Position numbers and translations under genes: made by a program. A stretch of 64,000 bases of DNA from Sphyrna mokarran (Eukaryota), in contig JAGIQG010000012.1 in assembly GCA_024679065.1 (NCBI GenBank), positions 52,452,001-52,516,000 of the forward strand, in the 5' to 3' direction. The first letter of the stretch is position 1, and the number at the start of each line of letters is the position of its first letter. The notes under the pieces were generated by a model. That model did not search any database. It had not been told where the DNA came from and saw nothing but the letters and a program-made list of their open reading frames with translations. This document shows, in pieces, positions 11,302-24,837 of this stretch.

Positions 11302-12617
11302 GTACAGACTAATTTGTTTCTTTTTTAAAGTGGCTGATCAGCAGCAATTGTGAAGGCTGATTTTTTTTTAATTGTATTTGAGTATACCTTGGCCTTATGG
11401 AACTAATTTGTCTGTCTTTGTAGAAAGAGTAGGATCATAAGCCCAAGACTTTGTTTTTAGTGCTTAGAGGTTGACAGCTATTGTAAGTATGTGTTGATGG
11501 AAGCTTACTCATGATATTGAAAATGAAAGAAATGCATCCTAATAATTTATGCCAGCTAAAATAATTTTGGTTTGCCAAGCAAAAGGAATTAAAATCATAG
11601 CTTGAGGTTCCAATGTTGCAATTTTACAGATCTCTCTTTGTTGTCTGCTAATTTTGTGTTCTGACCTTGGGTGTTCTCAGCAGTTAGTCTTTGATGTCGG
11701 TGAAATTTAAATTCCACTGTGTCACAAAACTCTTGGTATGATGCAATCTGCTTTATAGAGGTCATCCAGAAGAAGCCGCCATAAAATATTTAAACAGAGG
11801 TAGTGACCACTGTCACAGGAAAGGAGGAGATAGAACTGAGTTTTAAAAATACTACAAAATATTGACTAATATTTTACAATAGTCTTCTTTCTCCATTCAC
11901 ATGCATTTTCTAAGTTATCCCATAGACCATGATCGTTGATATAAAGTTAGGTAATGAAGTGGGCTTTACTGACTTCGTTCTGTATCTGGTTTTTGGAAAA
12001 AATGTGCTTTAGGAAGGAAGTAAAAGGGTATATTGTCACTAAAGGATGAGAATTAACTTCCATACAGCTGAGTGTGAAATGTTTAGAAGAGGTATGGAAA
12101 GTTTTTTTTGAAAGGCGAAATTTAACTCTTAAAGATCCAATTCAGCTTGGATAGAAATGTTGGCACACAAGTGGTCATTCTTGTAGGGAACCAAGAGGAC
12201 ATTGGCTTATTTCAACAAATAAAAACTGGATCAGGAAAAGAAGAGAGCGATGGTTAGGAGGGATTGTATCTGACTTAAATTAAAGTAGAATAGGGAGGGA
12301 AATACGTCACTTTGAGGACTCAGTGTAGGTCTGTCATTTGATCTTGTTTAAGTCGAGAACTAGGAATTTATATACTTAATATTAGATTTAATGAGCTAGA
12401 GATGGTGAAAAACATCTAAGGTTAAGAAAGTAACATTAAATTTGATAATATGGCGCACTTAGGAGTAAGTGAATCAATAAAATGCAGTAAAGTTAAATTT
12501 AAGGTCAAAATGGTTGAGATGAATTAAGGGAAAAAGTAGTCGGTTCCCAATGAAAAATTAAATGTTATGTGCATTCTGTAGTGAAAAATAATTATATCTT
12601 ATAAGAAGTAAGAGGTT

Positions 12618-12656
12618 GTTGCTGAAATTTAAACCTAGAGTTTAAATTTCAGCAAC
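12618..12656. repeat. Perfect 17-bp inverted repeat with 5-nt loop
   Basis: GTTGCTGAAATTTAAAC-ctaga-GTTTAAATTTCAGCAAC. Confidence 0.95.
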
Positions 12657-12714
12657 CATCTAGCCTGCATCCATTTTGATTTTAATCTGTAATTGGGATA
12701 TTAGCAATATTGAT

Positions 12715-12965
12715 GATGCAGTGTTTTGTCGCCCATCTTAAGTTACCCTGACGGCATTGAGTTGATCACACATTGTGGGATTGGGGTCCATACGTGGCCA
12801 AACCATATTGGGGTGGCAGATTTTCTTCCTCAAAATACATTAGTGAGTCAGTTGAGTTTTGAGATCAAGAATTTATGGTATTAATGTACACATTATTAGA
12901 TTTATTTAACTCAAGTTTGCAGTTTTTCATGTTGGGCTTCTTGAGTTGCTAGTACATAACTACCA
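12715..12965 (-). mobile_element. Decayed SINE, same family as 29200-29560
   Basis: Shares GCCCATC...CACATTG...GGCAGAT-TTCTTCC...ATTAGTGAGTCAG-TG blocks. Confidence 0.55.
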
Positions 12966-13294
12966 GCCTTTTGCCTTGGTAACAGCTGCAGAACTAAATT
13001 GATGGTTAGCAGCAGGAAAATGGACAGATGTTGGAATTCTACTTGCTTTAACAGCTATCTTGTGTTCTGTTAGATTTTTGATTGCCCATGGAAAGTGCCC
13101 ATTCATTTTTGGATGCACAAATTAAACGTGGATTATTGTGACGTACAAGCCATTTTCCATTTTGTGTAAATTCATCCATATTCCTACCAATGCAGATTAG
13201 GATCTACAGTTATTAGCCACCAAAGAAGGAAAGTTCTGTGTTCACTAACTAACAGCTACTTTTCACTTGTCTTCTGTACCATTTAATATTTGTG

Positions 13295-13575
13295 TATTAA
13301 TGTCAAAAGTAGGCTCACATTAACACTGCAATGAAGTTACTGTGAAAATCTCCTAAACACCACACTCCAAAATCTATTCGGGTACACTGAGGGAGAATTT
13401 AGTATGGCAGAGTACCTAACCAGCACATTTGGAGTGTGGGAGGAAACCAGGGCACCCGAAGGAAATCCACACCGACACCAAGAGAATGTGCAGACTCTGC
13501 ATAGACAGTGATTCAAGCTGGGAATTGAACCATGGTCCCTGGCACTGCAAGGCAGCAGTACTAACCGCTGTGCCA
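13295..13575 (-). mobile_element. tRNA-derived SINE, tail type B, near full length
   Basis: Reverse complement has head TGGCACAGCGGTTAG..GGTTCAATTCC, core GGTTTCCTCCCACA and tail TTCACAGTAACTTCATTGCAGTGTTAATGTGAGCCTACTT. Confidence 0.9.
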
Positions 13576-13867
13576 TACGACTTACTATTTAATGCTCTCC
13601 TGGTTGGTTGTTTTTCCCCTCCTCCCCTCAACCCCCATTTTTAATGAGATGAAAAAAAGATGCAACAGCATGCGACCAGGCTAGTGAGGCTATTCTGTGA
13701 ATATCACCTAACTGCTTAAACTCCACACGTCAAAGTATAATTACACCACTAATATACCAATGGTCATTAAGGTCGCCACGTTACTGTTTAATTTCCATGT
13801 CACTCAGCACAGCTTTACATTAACTAAACAGCTATGTACAATTGCATTCGACAACAGATTCATCATG

Positions 13868-13938
13868 TTCTTGTTGAATAGTGGTGCGCGTTTAAGGGGC
13901 TGAATGGCCTACTTCTCCTATTTTGTATGTTCATATGG
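13868..13938 (+). mobile_element. CR1 3' tail fragment
   Basis: GGGGCTGAATGGCCTACT...TATGTTCATATG terminal motif. Confidence 0.6.
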
Positions 13939-16447
13939 ATTCATTATTCCCTAAATGTATCTACACTATTCACAGCCAGCCAGAAAATGACAAAGCAGCA
14001 GTTTTACAAAATGACCAGCTTCCCTCCCGTCCAAAAGAACAGATATCAATTGTCTCTTGCTTAAGATCTTTATTGACATTAACAAGAACTGATTTTCTTA
14101 ACAAGTAGTTTGGGATGGGCAGCCCAACGTAATACTTTTGCTTCTCTGGAATTGTGACAATTCCTTCATATTAAAGCTATCTTTGACCTTTTAAAGCACA
14201 ATGCTGCATAACTGCTGGGAAATCAAGGTTATCCTCTGCACCCCTGGTTAATGGTGCATGTACTGTCCCAGGACACCAGATGAGAACCACTTTAATGAGA
14301 TTCATTCATTACTATTGTTGAGCACATCACCAGCATGTTGAAGGTGCACTACGAGTGCTTGAATCAATCTATAAAGGAGATTTGAAATTGATATGGAGGA
14401 GAAAGAGGAAGGGGACTGGGAGAGTATGGAGGTGAAGGAGTTATGGCTGAAATTTCTGTATTTTATTTTGAAATCCAATCATAATCCCAGAAATAGATGA
14501 CCTGTTGGTTTGACACCGATAAGCAGAAAAATATTGAATGTAAATCTGACTTTGCAGGGTTTCCACTGTTTGCCATCAGATTCCCTCTGCACCCTTCAGC
14601 TGAAAAATTTGGGCTATGTTAATGATATCTTAAATTAGGTACAGAAAGAGAAATGGACAGAGTAGGAATATTGAAATGAGAGGGGGAAAAAAGAAAGAAA
14701 GGAAAGTGTTTTTAAAAAAGGCTTGCATTTAAAAAAAATTAAAACCTGAAGGAATGAGAGTCCACACACATAATAGTTAATGTTCATTGTTAGAGGGATT
14801 ATTTAGCAAAAATTAGCACTTTTTGTATCTTGAAAAAGATACTTGTGTTTGTCATATCAAGACCTCTCTTATGTACTTCAAACCATTCTTCTTTTAATAG
14901 GCAAATTTCTACAAAAATGGAGGCTAAGGGTGAGATGTTATTTTCATAAAGCTAACAGTGGAGTGATGTAACTAGTACTGCAACTTCTGGGCATTCGCAT
15001 TTAACTTATCTGTTCCCAACCTGTAGTGACTACCATTTTCCCAATGATAACAGTGAGCACCACTTAGCCCAGCAAATTCTCACCTGGTCGATTTAGAAAG
15101 AGCAGCTAATGAAAAAAGACAAAACTGCACCCATGAATTTATGAATAGCAGGTGACTCTTATTACTAAAGGATGTCATACAACTTGTGGAAAAATGTGGT
15201 GTGGTGCATGTTACTTTGTTTGATGTTCTGTTTGAAGGTATCCTTAACATCAAACTTGTGGCTAAACAGAGCTTTTGAAATAAAGGAGGGTGTTTCTAAA
15301 TGGTTACTAATAGGAGATAAATAATTACTTCAGTCAATGGCAGAATTTCAAATTGGCCAGTCATGGGTAATAGAATACCACACAGATCAGTCAGGAACAG
15401 CCAGATCTCTGATTTTTGTTGGTCATGCAGCTCTGTCTTAATCTCAATTATCCTTCTCTTTGTACCCTTTTAGAGATTGACAGCCAAAATTAAATGTATG
15501 GAAAATAAAGTTACTATTGGGTTGAAAAATATCTAAGCATGACCTAAAAAGTAAAAGTTGTGGTGGTCTTGTTGTTCAGCAGTCGGTCCCCCAGGTCTTC
15601 CACCCACCAAATGGTCAGCAAGGGCTCAAGAAGGCCACGTTAGCTTTTCTGTGTGCCTTCGCATTGAGGGTATCCAGAAAATAAAAGAACAGGAGCCAGA
15701 AAGCCATAAGTGCTTCAGTTTACTCCCTTCCTCAATAATGGTGGTGTCTGTCCTGTGTATACTCAGGGTATGTCAACCCACCATTTGCCACCATAGAAAG
15801 TTCCAGAAATCCAAAAATAACATTTTTAAAAAAGGTAGAAAACCAATAACCTGAGCTTGGCTCCTTTCCCTGAATCTTATGCCAATGGAATGTTCAGTTC
15901 CCCCCAGCATAAGGGAAATTAGCCCTCAAAGATGAAATTTGGTATCATTGTACTTATAAAAAATATTATGTAGAAACATTTGTCACTGCATATGTCCTTG
16001 AGTTTGGAAGTCCTCTTGTGTCTGAACCATATCAGAAGTACTTGGCCTTCATCTTAATGCATGCTTGCATATTCTCCAGCTTCAAAGCTGATATTGGAGA
16101 TGCACTCTGATGCTTGGAGATTTTTCTTTTGATTTGCAGTGATTAGAAGAATCTTCACAATCCATTACCAAACATGTATGGTGGGGGTGGAAGAGAAAAA
16201 TATATTGAATTATTCTTAGAACTGCCATAGGAAGAAAATCTATTGCTGACTAAGTGCAGTACAAAGTAACAGCAGAACCAAATGAAAATGTTTCATTGAT
16301 TTCTGCAAGCAATGTTTGATACATAACTATCACCCATGAAATAGAAAAATAAATGCAGTTGTGTTTTTTTTCCAGTAAATACTGTTGTCTTTTTGAGAGT
16401 AATGAAACTAATTGAATTGAAATAAACTACTCATGTAAATGACACTT

Positions 16448-16740
16448 AAAACATAGAACAGTACGGCCCTTTCGGCCCTTGATGTTGTGCCGAGCTTTGT
16501 CCAAACCCAGTATCAAGTTACCCCACTCCTTGTCATTCTACTGTGTTCCATGTACCTATCCAAAAACCGCTTGAAAGTTCCTAAAGCGTCTGACTCCACT
16601 ATCACAGCAGGCACTCCACATTCCACATCCCAACCACTCAGAGTAAAGAAACTACCTTGGACATCCCCCTACATCTCTCCCATCATGAACCTTATAGTTA
16701 TGCTCCGTAGTAGCAGCCACATTCATTTGGAGGGAATATT
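16448..16740 (-). mobile_element. CR1 LINE 3' end fragment
   Basis: AACATAGAACAGTAC-GGCCCTTTCGGCCCTTGATGTTGTGCCGA and CAACCACTCAGAGTAAAGAAACTACC match the 3' end of the 1325-3124 copy. Confidence 0.8.
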
Positions 16741-17878
16741 TTGAATATTCGATTCATCGAATCTTGTATTCAAATATCTTATGTAAATGATATTAATTCA
16801 TTACACAAGTCACCCCATAGCGTAGTCGCATGCTATATTGCCAGATTTAAGTTTTTGATAGTGTGATAATATATCAATTTGGAGCACCAATTCAAGATAC
16901 ACATTGGTGTGCACAGACACCAACTAGCGATCTCCTTACTCCCCATAGGAAACAAGGGAAATTTGGGCATATTAATCCATGAGTTGCTGTTCCATGCCAT
17001 TTTGGAACTATATTGGTATCAGCTAATAACAGCTAACCTACTTGACCTTCTTTGTTGCTATAGGGGGATGCTTGGGGTGAATGTGGGTGTGGGCACCTGA
17101 AGGAATTTTGAAAATTGAGGGTGAACATCTTCTAGCAAAGCCTCAGGATTGTGAAAACCACTCTGTTGCTGCATGCATGCTTTCTTGGAAAATGAGTGAC
17201 CACGCGAATTGCACATAGCCTCACATTTCCAGTATTTAGAGCTGATATCTAACAATTTGACTTATGCCATGCTAATAATTGCCATGAAGTACCAAGTCAG
17301 CACCCCTTTTGCACTCTCATTGTGATTGTGAAGCTACTTGAAAACATATGTATAACCATGTTTGAGATTGTTGCACGCTGTGTTACTGTTGGTGCAAAGT
17401 GATTCCGAGAAAGTCAGTCCAGGATACTGGGTCAATACTTGGACTACTATTTAAAAAGTGCGTCATTGTAGTTAACAGGCAGCACTTAATTTGTGCTGGT
17501 AAGTAAGTGGAAACATTGATGTGCATAGGATCCTGAAGAATTGTACTGGGATTTTTCTCCTTTTGAGAAAAAAAAAGTTGAGGAGATTTGATCAAAGTAT
17601 TTGAGAGGGCTGGACAGAATTGTATTAATCTAGAGGTGGACAAGGCTACAAAACATGCTAGTGTGCATTTTGCCTTGTGTTTACAATCGAGTCATCTAAA
17701 TGCAGCACCACAATTGGAGTATCCTGCAAATAAGGCACACAAACCCCAAATAATTCCATACAAATATTAGACTGCAACTTTTCTGTTTGCCCTATACAAC
17801 CTAGTACATTTTCCACTTGTTGATGGTCTTCATTATTGTCTGAAATCTTCAACCTTTACTTTTCAGTCTTAATGGAAT

Positions 17879-19095
17879 TGGACCTGAATTTTCACTCCTC
17901 AGTTGGGAACTCATCACAAAGGCACCTTGGGAGAAAATGCCTCAAATAGTCTGATTTTTATTTGGGAGGTGCAGGGGTGGGGGGCACTTGTTAATGAGAA
18001 CTGTACATACTGCTATGGGAGGAATTCAAAAATACCCACTGGGACTGCCAGGTTCAGAGGTGGCGTTTGTGAAAGGTCAAGATCCGCACTCTAGCACTTG
18101 TCACAGCTGTAAAAAAAAAAGTTCCCCTCCCCAACACTCTCCATGCCATCTCACCCACTCCATAGTCTCTTATACTATTCATATTAATCTATGCCCCTCT
18201 ACCCAACCATCATGACTTCTTGTATCCTAGTGCCCTTCCATGCCCCTCTGTGGCCTCTCTGCTAACTTGTTGCAACTCATGCAATCCATGCCGCAGCACC
18301 CTTTGCCTCTTATACCCTCATAACAACTTGCCCATTATTCACAATTGGCAGACCTCAAAATCCATGTGGAGATGAAACAAATTTAATTTCTATTAAGTGT
18401 CTATTGATGACTTCACTGTATTAAAAAAAAATGATAAGCCATTCATAACATTTAAATCATTGAACTATTAAATGTCTTACAAAACAAGCATTTGTATTCA
18501 TATCCTGTATAACCACTTTGAACTGACAAAACATCTCACTGATAGATTGTGGAATCAGTCATGTAGAATAAATCCTATAATGAGACCTCATAGGCTTAAG
18601 CCATCAGAGTGAAAGGCTGTACATGTTTTTAAAATGACAGACATCTTTTACATTTAAAAGGCAGGATATTGAAATACCTTGATAGTTCTCAGGGAATTTA
18701 AATGCCTTGCCAGTTTGATAGGTCCACTGTTTTCCTGCTTTTTATGCATGTTCATTTCTACATTTAATAATTCCAAAGAATGCCAGATTGCTCTCAAAGA
18801 TGTCACTGCACCCCTCCAAAAGGATATCCTATTCACCAAAGAACTCTAATACATTTAAATCTTCTCTTGAAACATGTAATGCCCACAAATCATGATTTGG
18901 ACAACTAGTAATGAAAATTGAATCTGTTTGGCACCTACACTTTTCCACATGCAATTGTCTCCACGAAACACAGATGTGCAAACCACAACGTGCTCCTGTT
19001 CCTCCATGGTGAAAATCGCAAGTGGAGTTCTGGCACCATTTTGGCTTAGCTGGAAATTCTTTCTGTCATTGCAAAATATTTGACTCTTGGAATTC
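17879..19095 (+). repeat. ~1.2-kb non-coding interspersed repeat, copy A (MITE-like)
   Basis: Colinear blocks shared with 33790-34945 (see findings). Confidence 0.65.
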
Positions 19096-20430
19096 ATCAA
19101 GTAAATTGCAGAGGTGCTGGCCATAATCTTCAAATCCTAGTAGATTAGGAAATTGCAAATGCTACATCCTGGTTCACAGAAGGTACAACCATAAAGTAGG
19201 GAGCTACAGGGCAGTTAGTTTAACCTTCAGTGGGAACGTTTATACAAAAAGTAATCTCAGCAAAAAGAACAGTCACTTGGACAAGGGTGGATTAAGGAAA
19301 CCTAGAATGGATTTGTTAAAGGTTACTCATCTTAACTAAGTTGACTGATTTTTTTTTTACATATACAACAGGGAATTGAAAATTTTGCTTCTGATGCAAT
19401 GTATATGGACTTGAAATAGGTGTTTGATAAAGTGTCACATCCTTGCCAGCAAAGTCAAAGCCCATAGAATAAAAAAGACAGTGATTGCATGAATATAAAA
19501 TCAGTTAGAGGACAGTGACATACAGTTGTTTTTTGGAACTGGAGGAATATATGCAATAGTGTTCCCTGAGGGAAGTACAAAATTGCTGATTTTCTGATCT
19601 ATTTTAACTATGTAATTTTGGGTGTAAGGACACAATTTCAAAATTTACAAATGACACTAGACTTGGAAGTATTGTAAACTGTGAAGACAGTGATATACTT
19701 CAGGAGAACATAGGATAGTGGAATGGGTGGATTCTTGGCAGGTGATATTTAATGCAAGAAGTGTAAAATGATAATTTTGGTAGGGAGAATGAGGAAAGGC
19801 AACATAAATGAAAGGATAGAATTCTCAAGGGGATAAAGGAACAGAGACATCTGGTTGCAAACACACAAATCATTGGAAGTGACATAGTATGTTGAGAAAA
19901 TGGTTAACAACAGGATATGAGATCCTTGGCTTTGTAAACAGAGCATAGAGTACAAAACCAGGGAACTCTGAGGGGTTTTGATAAAACATTGGTTTAGTAA
20001 CAAGTGAAATATTATGTCCAACTCTGGACAACAGGTTTTAGAAAGGTTTTTATGAAAATATTTCCAACAATTAGGAATTGTTACGCAGATAGGTTGGAGA
20101 AGCTGAGGTTATTCTCCTTTGAGAGGACGTTTGATAAGAGGTGTTTGTGACATCTCTAGGAAGGAAAAATTTCCCATTGACAAGAGTCAAGAATGAGAGG
20201 ATGTAGATCTGAAGTGATTATTGAAATAATCCATTTTTATACGGCAAATGATTGCAATCTGAAATGCACTGCCTGAGATTGTGGGGGAGTCTGATTCAGT
20301 CATGTTCTTTGGAAGTGATTTGAATAAACACATGATGAGACAATTTGTAGGGTTACAAGGAAAGGACAGGGGAGTGGCAATAGCTAAATTGCTGTTGTAG
20401 ACAGTCAGCAATTGTGAGACAGACCGAAGG
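19095..20430 (+). mobile_element. Old decayed CR1 LINE (RT to 3'UTR)
   Basis: Remnants of IAEVLAIIF, IANAT, YRAVSL, GFVKG, YMDL..FDKVSH, ISKFTNDT in order, with many stops. Confidence 0.8.
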
Positions 20431-21539
20431 CAGTAAATATTCCATGAATCAAACTTTGGTGGTAGATTGCTTGATTTTAAATAATCAATAGGATTCTCTC
20501 CATGACCTCACTGTTTGAAGAAATGAAAGTCTTATGATCCAGGTCTTCCAGTTACCAGCTTACCACTGACTTATTTCGTTTGTTCAGTTAGCATTTATGC
20601 TGGAACCTTTGCAGCTTCTGATGCTGGCTTTGGCATGGTTAAAATGACAAACAAAACTGGGAGATCAGTGAAGTAAACCCCTTTTTTTTAATCATGAATT
20701 AAAGACATGCCTCATTTAAGAATTGTCTTCAGTTCTTCAACTTGCAAAGATTTAAATAGATTTGTCACTCCTAACACTGCATAGCCTCTTCCTTACCAAT
20801 AATGCTCAGCCATCACAATGCTTACTCCACCCCCCCCCCCCCCCCCCCCCAACTGTCACAATGCTTATCTTCGCTTCCGATAGTGTTCACCCTCCCTCAA
20901 CTTTCCACTCCCTGATGATGACACTTCTAACATCGACTATTTAGGAGCCAAGGATACGGAACACTGGCTTGGCATGCTAGCTGGTTTATTTAGTTACACC
21001 TGCTCCAAAAAGCTCTAAGTAAATCTTTGTAAAAAGCAGTGCAAGTCTAGGGCAAACAGCCCAAGCCACCATTGTTCTGACCATCTCATCCACTGTCATA
21101 GTCTGTCAATTCAGACAGGATAAAATTGACAACTTGATGTTTATACATCCTGCAGATGTGTGCTTCAGGACTTCCTCAGGGTTCTCAGGCACATCAGCAA
21201 CTTCGGTTGAGTCATTTGCTGCTCCACATCCTGGAAGACTCAGGCCATCAAGCTAAACGAGCTTCCTTCTGAGTTACTGTAGAATTTGAATTTGTATAAG
21301 GAAGTTTATAGCTACTGTCCTTTTTAACAGAAGTGTTTCCACTATGTAATGGAGCTGTAAAAATACTCATTCACCAAGTAAGAGAAAATACAAGTTAAAA
21401 TTATACTGGTAGCGTCGTGGCTACAATCAACACCTGAGATGATGCTGAGTACGGAATCTGAGCTGACCACCCCTCCACCCCAGACTGCTGCTTTATTGGT
21501 TCCTCGCATCATATGACCCCTTTCTCTGCAAACTAATCA

Positions 21540-23050
21540 TTTCAAGAACAGAACTGGCTGTAAAATGCCCAATTCCTTCAATTCACTGTCTACTTCCTCT
21601 CGGAAAATATAATATTGAGCTCGCCCTAAGGAACTGAGGTGTGATCATGTAGATCTTCACTTCTAAGCCTTTTTACTTTGCCTAATTCATCCTTGAAGAC
21701 ACTCATTTTTTTCATCAGTACGAGCAGTCCTCCTTCTCATATTTGGAAAATCTCCAGACCAATTTAACTTGATTTCTGTAAGCCAATCGCAGTTGAGAAT
21801 GCTTGGTTCATCACCTGTTACTATGATCACTGAGAATTGGGCAGACTGTTGCCATGGCTTACAGGTATCATTGCTGTGCTCACTATTTTTATCGCTTCTC
21901 CAGTATAATTTGTTAACTTGGCTGCGGTACTCTTCAAATTCAATGGCTGGACTTCTCTCAAGTATGTGTATGGTCATCTATCACAGTAGCTGATGCCTCC
22001 GTTTTAACTCCCGTGTTAAGCGACTATCCATTTATTGGGAACGTTACAATAATAGAGGCTATCCTGCCCACTTTTATACTGAACAATGAGTGAATATTTA
22101 AATAGATGGTGACTATTTAATCAGCCATTCAGTAGACTTGATTTGGCTCTACATCTATGCTGTGAGTGGCCTCTTCTATGACAAAAAGTACTCAGCTTCC
22201 TTATACCTGCAGGATTTGGGGCAATGGTTACCTTTGCATCGGCAACATTCTGCTTCAAACTTTTTTGATTGCCTGTTCTAACTCATCTTGTCTTATTTGT
22301 GGCTGAATTCATTTCCTGCCTCAAGGCTATTACTTTGGTTCTGGCATAACTGCTGATTGCATGTTCGCACCCTAATTGGTGAACAGTGCCATTTTGTGCA
22401 GTCTTTCTCTTGTGTGCCCTTTTCAGCACTTTCCATGGTCTGTACTATCTCCATTGCTCATTTAAAATTATATCAACTACCAAGTATTCTCCATTGAATT
22501 GCCTCGTTATTCACCCCACAGACAAATCTGTCCCATAACATATTCAACACAGCTTCAAGATCACAATACTCCAATATCTATTTCAATTTAGTGATATAAG
22601 TCACGATTGTTTCACCTGGGATTCTCCCCTTGAATTAAACTTGAATTGCTGGAATATAACTGATGGTTTAGACTGGAAATGTGATTTTGCTGATTCACAA
22701 TCTATTCATTCAAATTCCTACAACATTTACTTTTTTAGAGTTTTCCAATTGAAATCATTGTGGGCAGCACAGTGTGTCTATGTTGGTTTCCTTGGGGTGA
22801 TTCAGTTTCCTCCCACAGTCTGAAAGACATGGCTAAGTGCATTGGCCATGCTAAATTCTCTTTCAATGTATTCAAACAAGTACCAAAGTGTGGCAACTAG
22901 GGAGATTTTCATAGAAACTTCATTGCAGTGTTAATGTGAGCTTACTTGTAATACTAATAAATAAACTTTAATTTTCCATTCTACGGCCATTATTGCTGTC
23001 AACCTTTCAATATAGAAAGGGATAGACAAAAGTTGCCAAGCTAGCTGATT
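21540..23050 (-). mobile_element. Decayed Ty3/Gypsy LTR retrotransposon internal region (gag, zinc knuckle, protease, start of RT)
   Basis: Minus-strand remnants: PGETIVTYITKLK*ILEYC..MLWDRFVCGVNNEAIQ (gag); CCRCKGNHCPKSCRYKEA (knuckle); KTEASATVI (DTGAS-like); IIVTGDEPSILNCDWLTEIKLNW (protease C-terminus); ELGILQPV. Confidence 0.8.
22762..22970 (+). mobile_element. SINE tail type B with internal deletion, inserted in Gypsy gag
   Basis: TTTCCTCCCACAGTCTGAAAGAC..ATTGGCCATGCTAAATTCTC..ACTTCATTGCAGTGTTAATGTGAG..CTAATAAATAAACTTTA. Confidence 0.85.
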
Positions 23051-24708
23051 CAGTGCACTATTAAAATTGTCTATTCTTGTTTATAGTGCAAAGTATATTT
23101 CAGTGCATGTTACACAAGTGGATAGTGGTTTGAATAAGCATTCCCACCCACGAGCACCAGCAAACATTTAATATTCATAAGTGAAGCTTGGCAAGGGATG
23201 AGGGTGATTGGGATTGAGAAATGACTGTTCATCCATAAATCCAAGTCAACATTTTACAATTAAAAGTAGGGAAAGGAGAAATACCAGGATCAAACTTTCA
23301 AGGATTGGACATCAACCTATTGGTTGAAATTTTCTTTTCCAACCCCTGGCATTAGTGGGATTTTACTAGTCCTGCCAATGAAAATTGAGATTTAAATGGC
23401 CCCCATGCCATTTCTAGCCCTTGGTACTGGAAAATTGCCATGGCAATTTTCGCATTGTGTGATGAGACCCATGCTTGTTTTCAGTAGCTATTAGCCAAAT
23501 GCCAGAGAGAATGAGCTGATAAGTTCTGTGCTCTCACCCATTTCCAGCTGAAAATGGGGATGAAAATCAGGGTTGGGCTCTTATTGTAGAGCAGGAAAGT
23601 AATAGTTAAACTTCAGTTTTTTAAAGTTACCTAAATTGTTAGCAGGAAATTACAACATTGAAATTGCCCCCATACACTAAAATGTTTAAATAGGTGGATT
23701 TTGTCTACATATGTATTTTACACAACATAACTGGGGTAATTGAATTTAATATTTTATGTTGGTACTGGCATTTTTAGGGATGCTTAGTCTTAGTACTCTA
23801 TTATCTGCTTCTGTTGAAAAATCATGGTTGTGATCTCACTGCAAGCTTACTGAGTGATAATCAATATTTAGCAAGATGAAGTAGCAGTTTGCAAATATAG
23901 TATGACCACTCTTTCACTACAAACTAGTAACTCCATTCTGAAAGTGCTTCCTTTGCATTTCTATGAATAAATATAATACATACATCAAATATTCGCAACG
24001 GTTTTGATTGTAGCATTTACTAGATTATACCATTTCTCATTTGATCTGCTCGGATGTCAAGATGAAATGAAATTTCATTCATCTCCTGATGGCTGATCCA
24101 CAAAGTCATGATGATATCCAAGTCCATAACCTACCTGCTCGAAGAAGGAGAAAGCAAGCATGCCTTTAAAATTTTCAAAGGTTTTTCAGTATTACATATT
24201 CAGAAAGTATGGGAATGTATTTCATGGGAACTCCTTTCATAAAGATGTTTTGCTTAAAAGTACCCCTCACATCAATAAACTCCTGTTTATTATAAACTCT
24301 TGAGGTTTGTGCCCATGACTGTTTAACCAATTATAACATTTTTTTTGTTTCTTGTTTATCTCAGATGCATTTTACAAGTGGCAGTATTCCTTTCTCTGTC
24401 TGCAATTATAATATTTTATTTTCCCTTTCAACTTTGCTATGTGCTGCTCACATAATATCATCCGATTTCTGAAGAAGATCAATTTTAGTTCTTTTCACAG
24501 AAATTGCCTGAACATGAACATCTCTAGCATTTTCTGTTTGTAAGATTTCCAGCTTCTGCAACATTTTGTTGTTTTCTGTTCACACAATTTCTAGATTTTA
24601 TTCCTGCGTTACAGTTCTAAAAACCTCCAAAGCTAGAATGTCACAGAAGAACAAAGGAATACCTTATTCTTACTAAAATCAGTCAGTTTTTAAAATATTA
24701 GACACAAT

Positions 24709-24837
24709 GGCTGGAATATTACCATGTTCATGTCTGCAAGATTTCCCCATCCTGCTGCAGTGAATTGAGATTTGACTGGTCTGCAACCTCACTGCAGCGG
24801 GAGAGTGTGGTGTGAATGCCCAGTAAGATCGTGCCCA
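24709..24837. mobile_element. Short MITE-like element
   Basis: Imperfect termini GGCTGGAATATTAC / GTAAGATCGTGCCC and internal inverted CTGCTGCAGTGA / TCACTGCAGCGG. Confidence 0.55.

Noticed and set aside
20828-20850. Near-pure poly-C run
   Set aside because: Simple homopolymer with no further structure; length may be unreliable.
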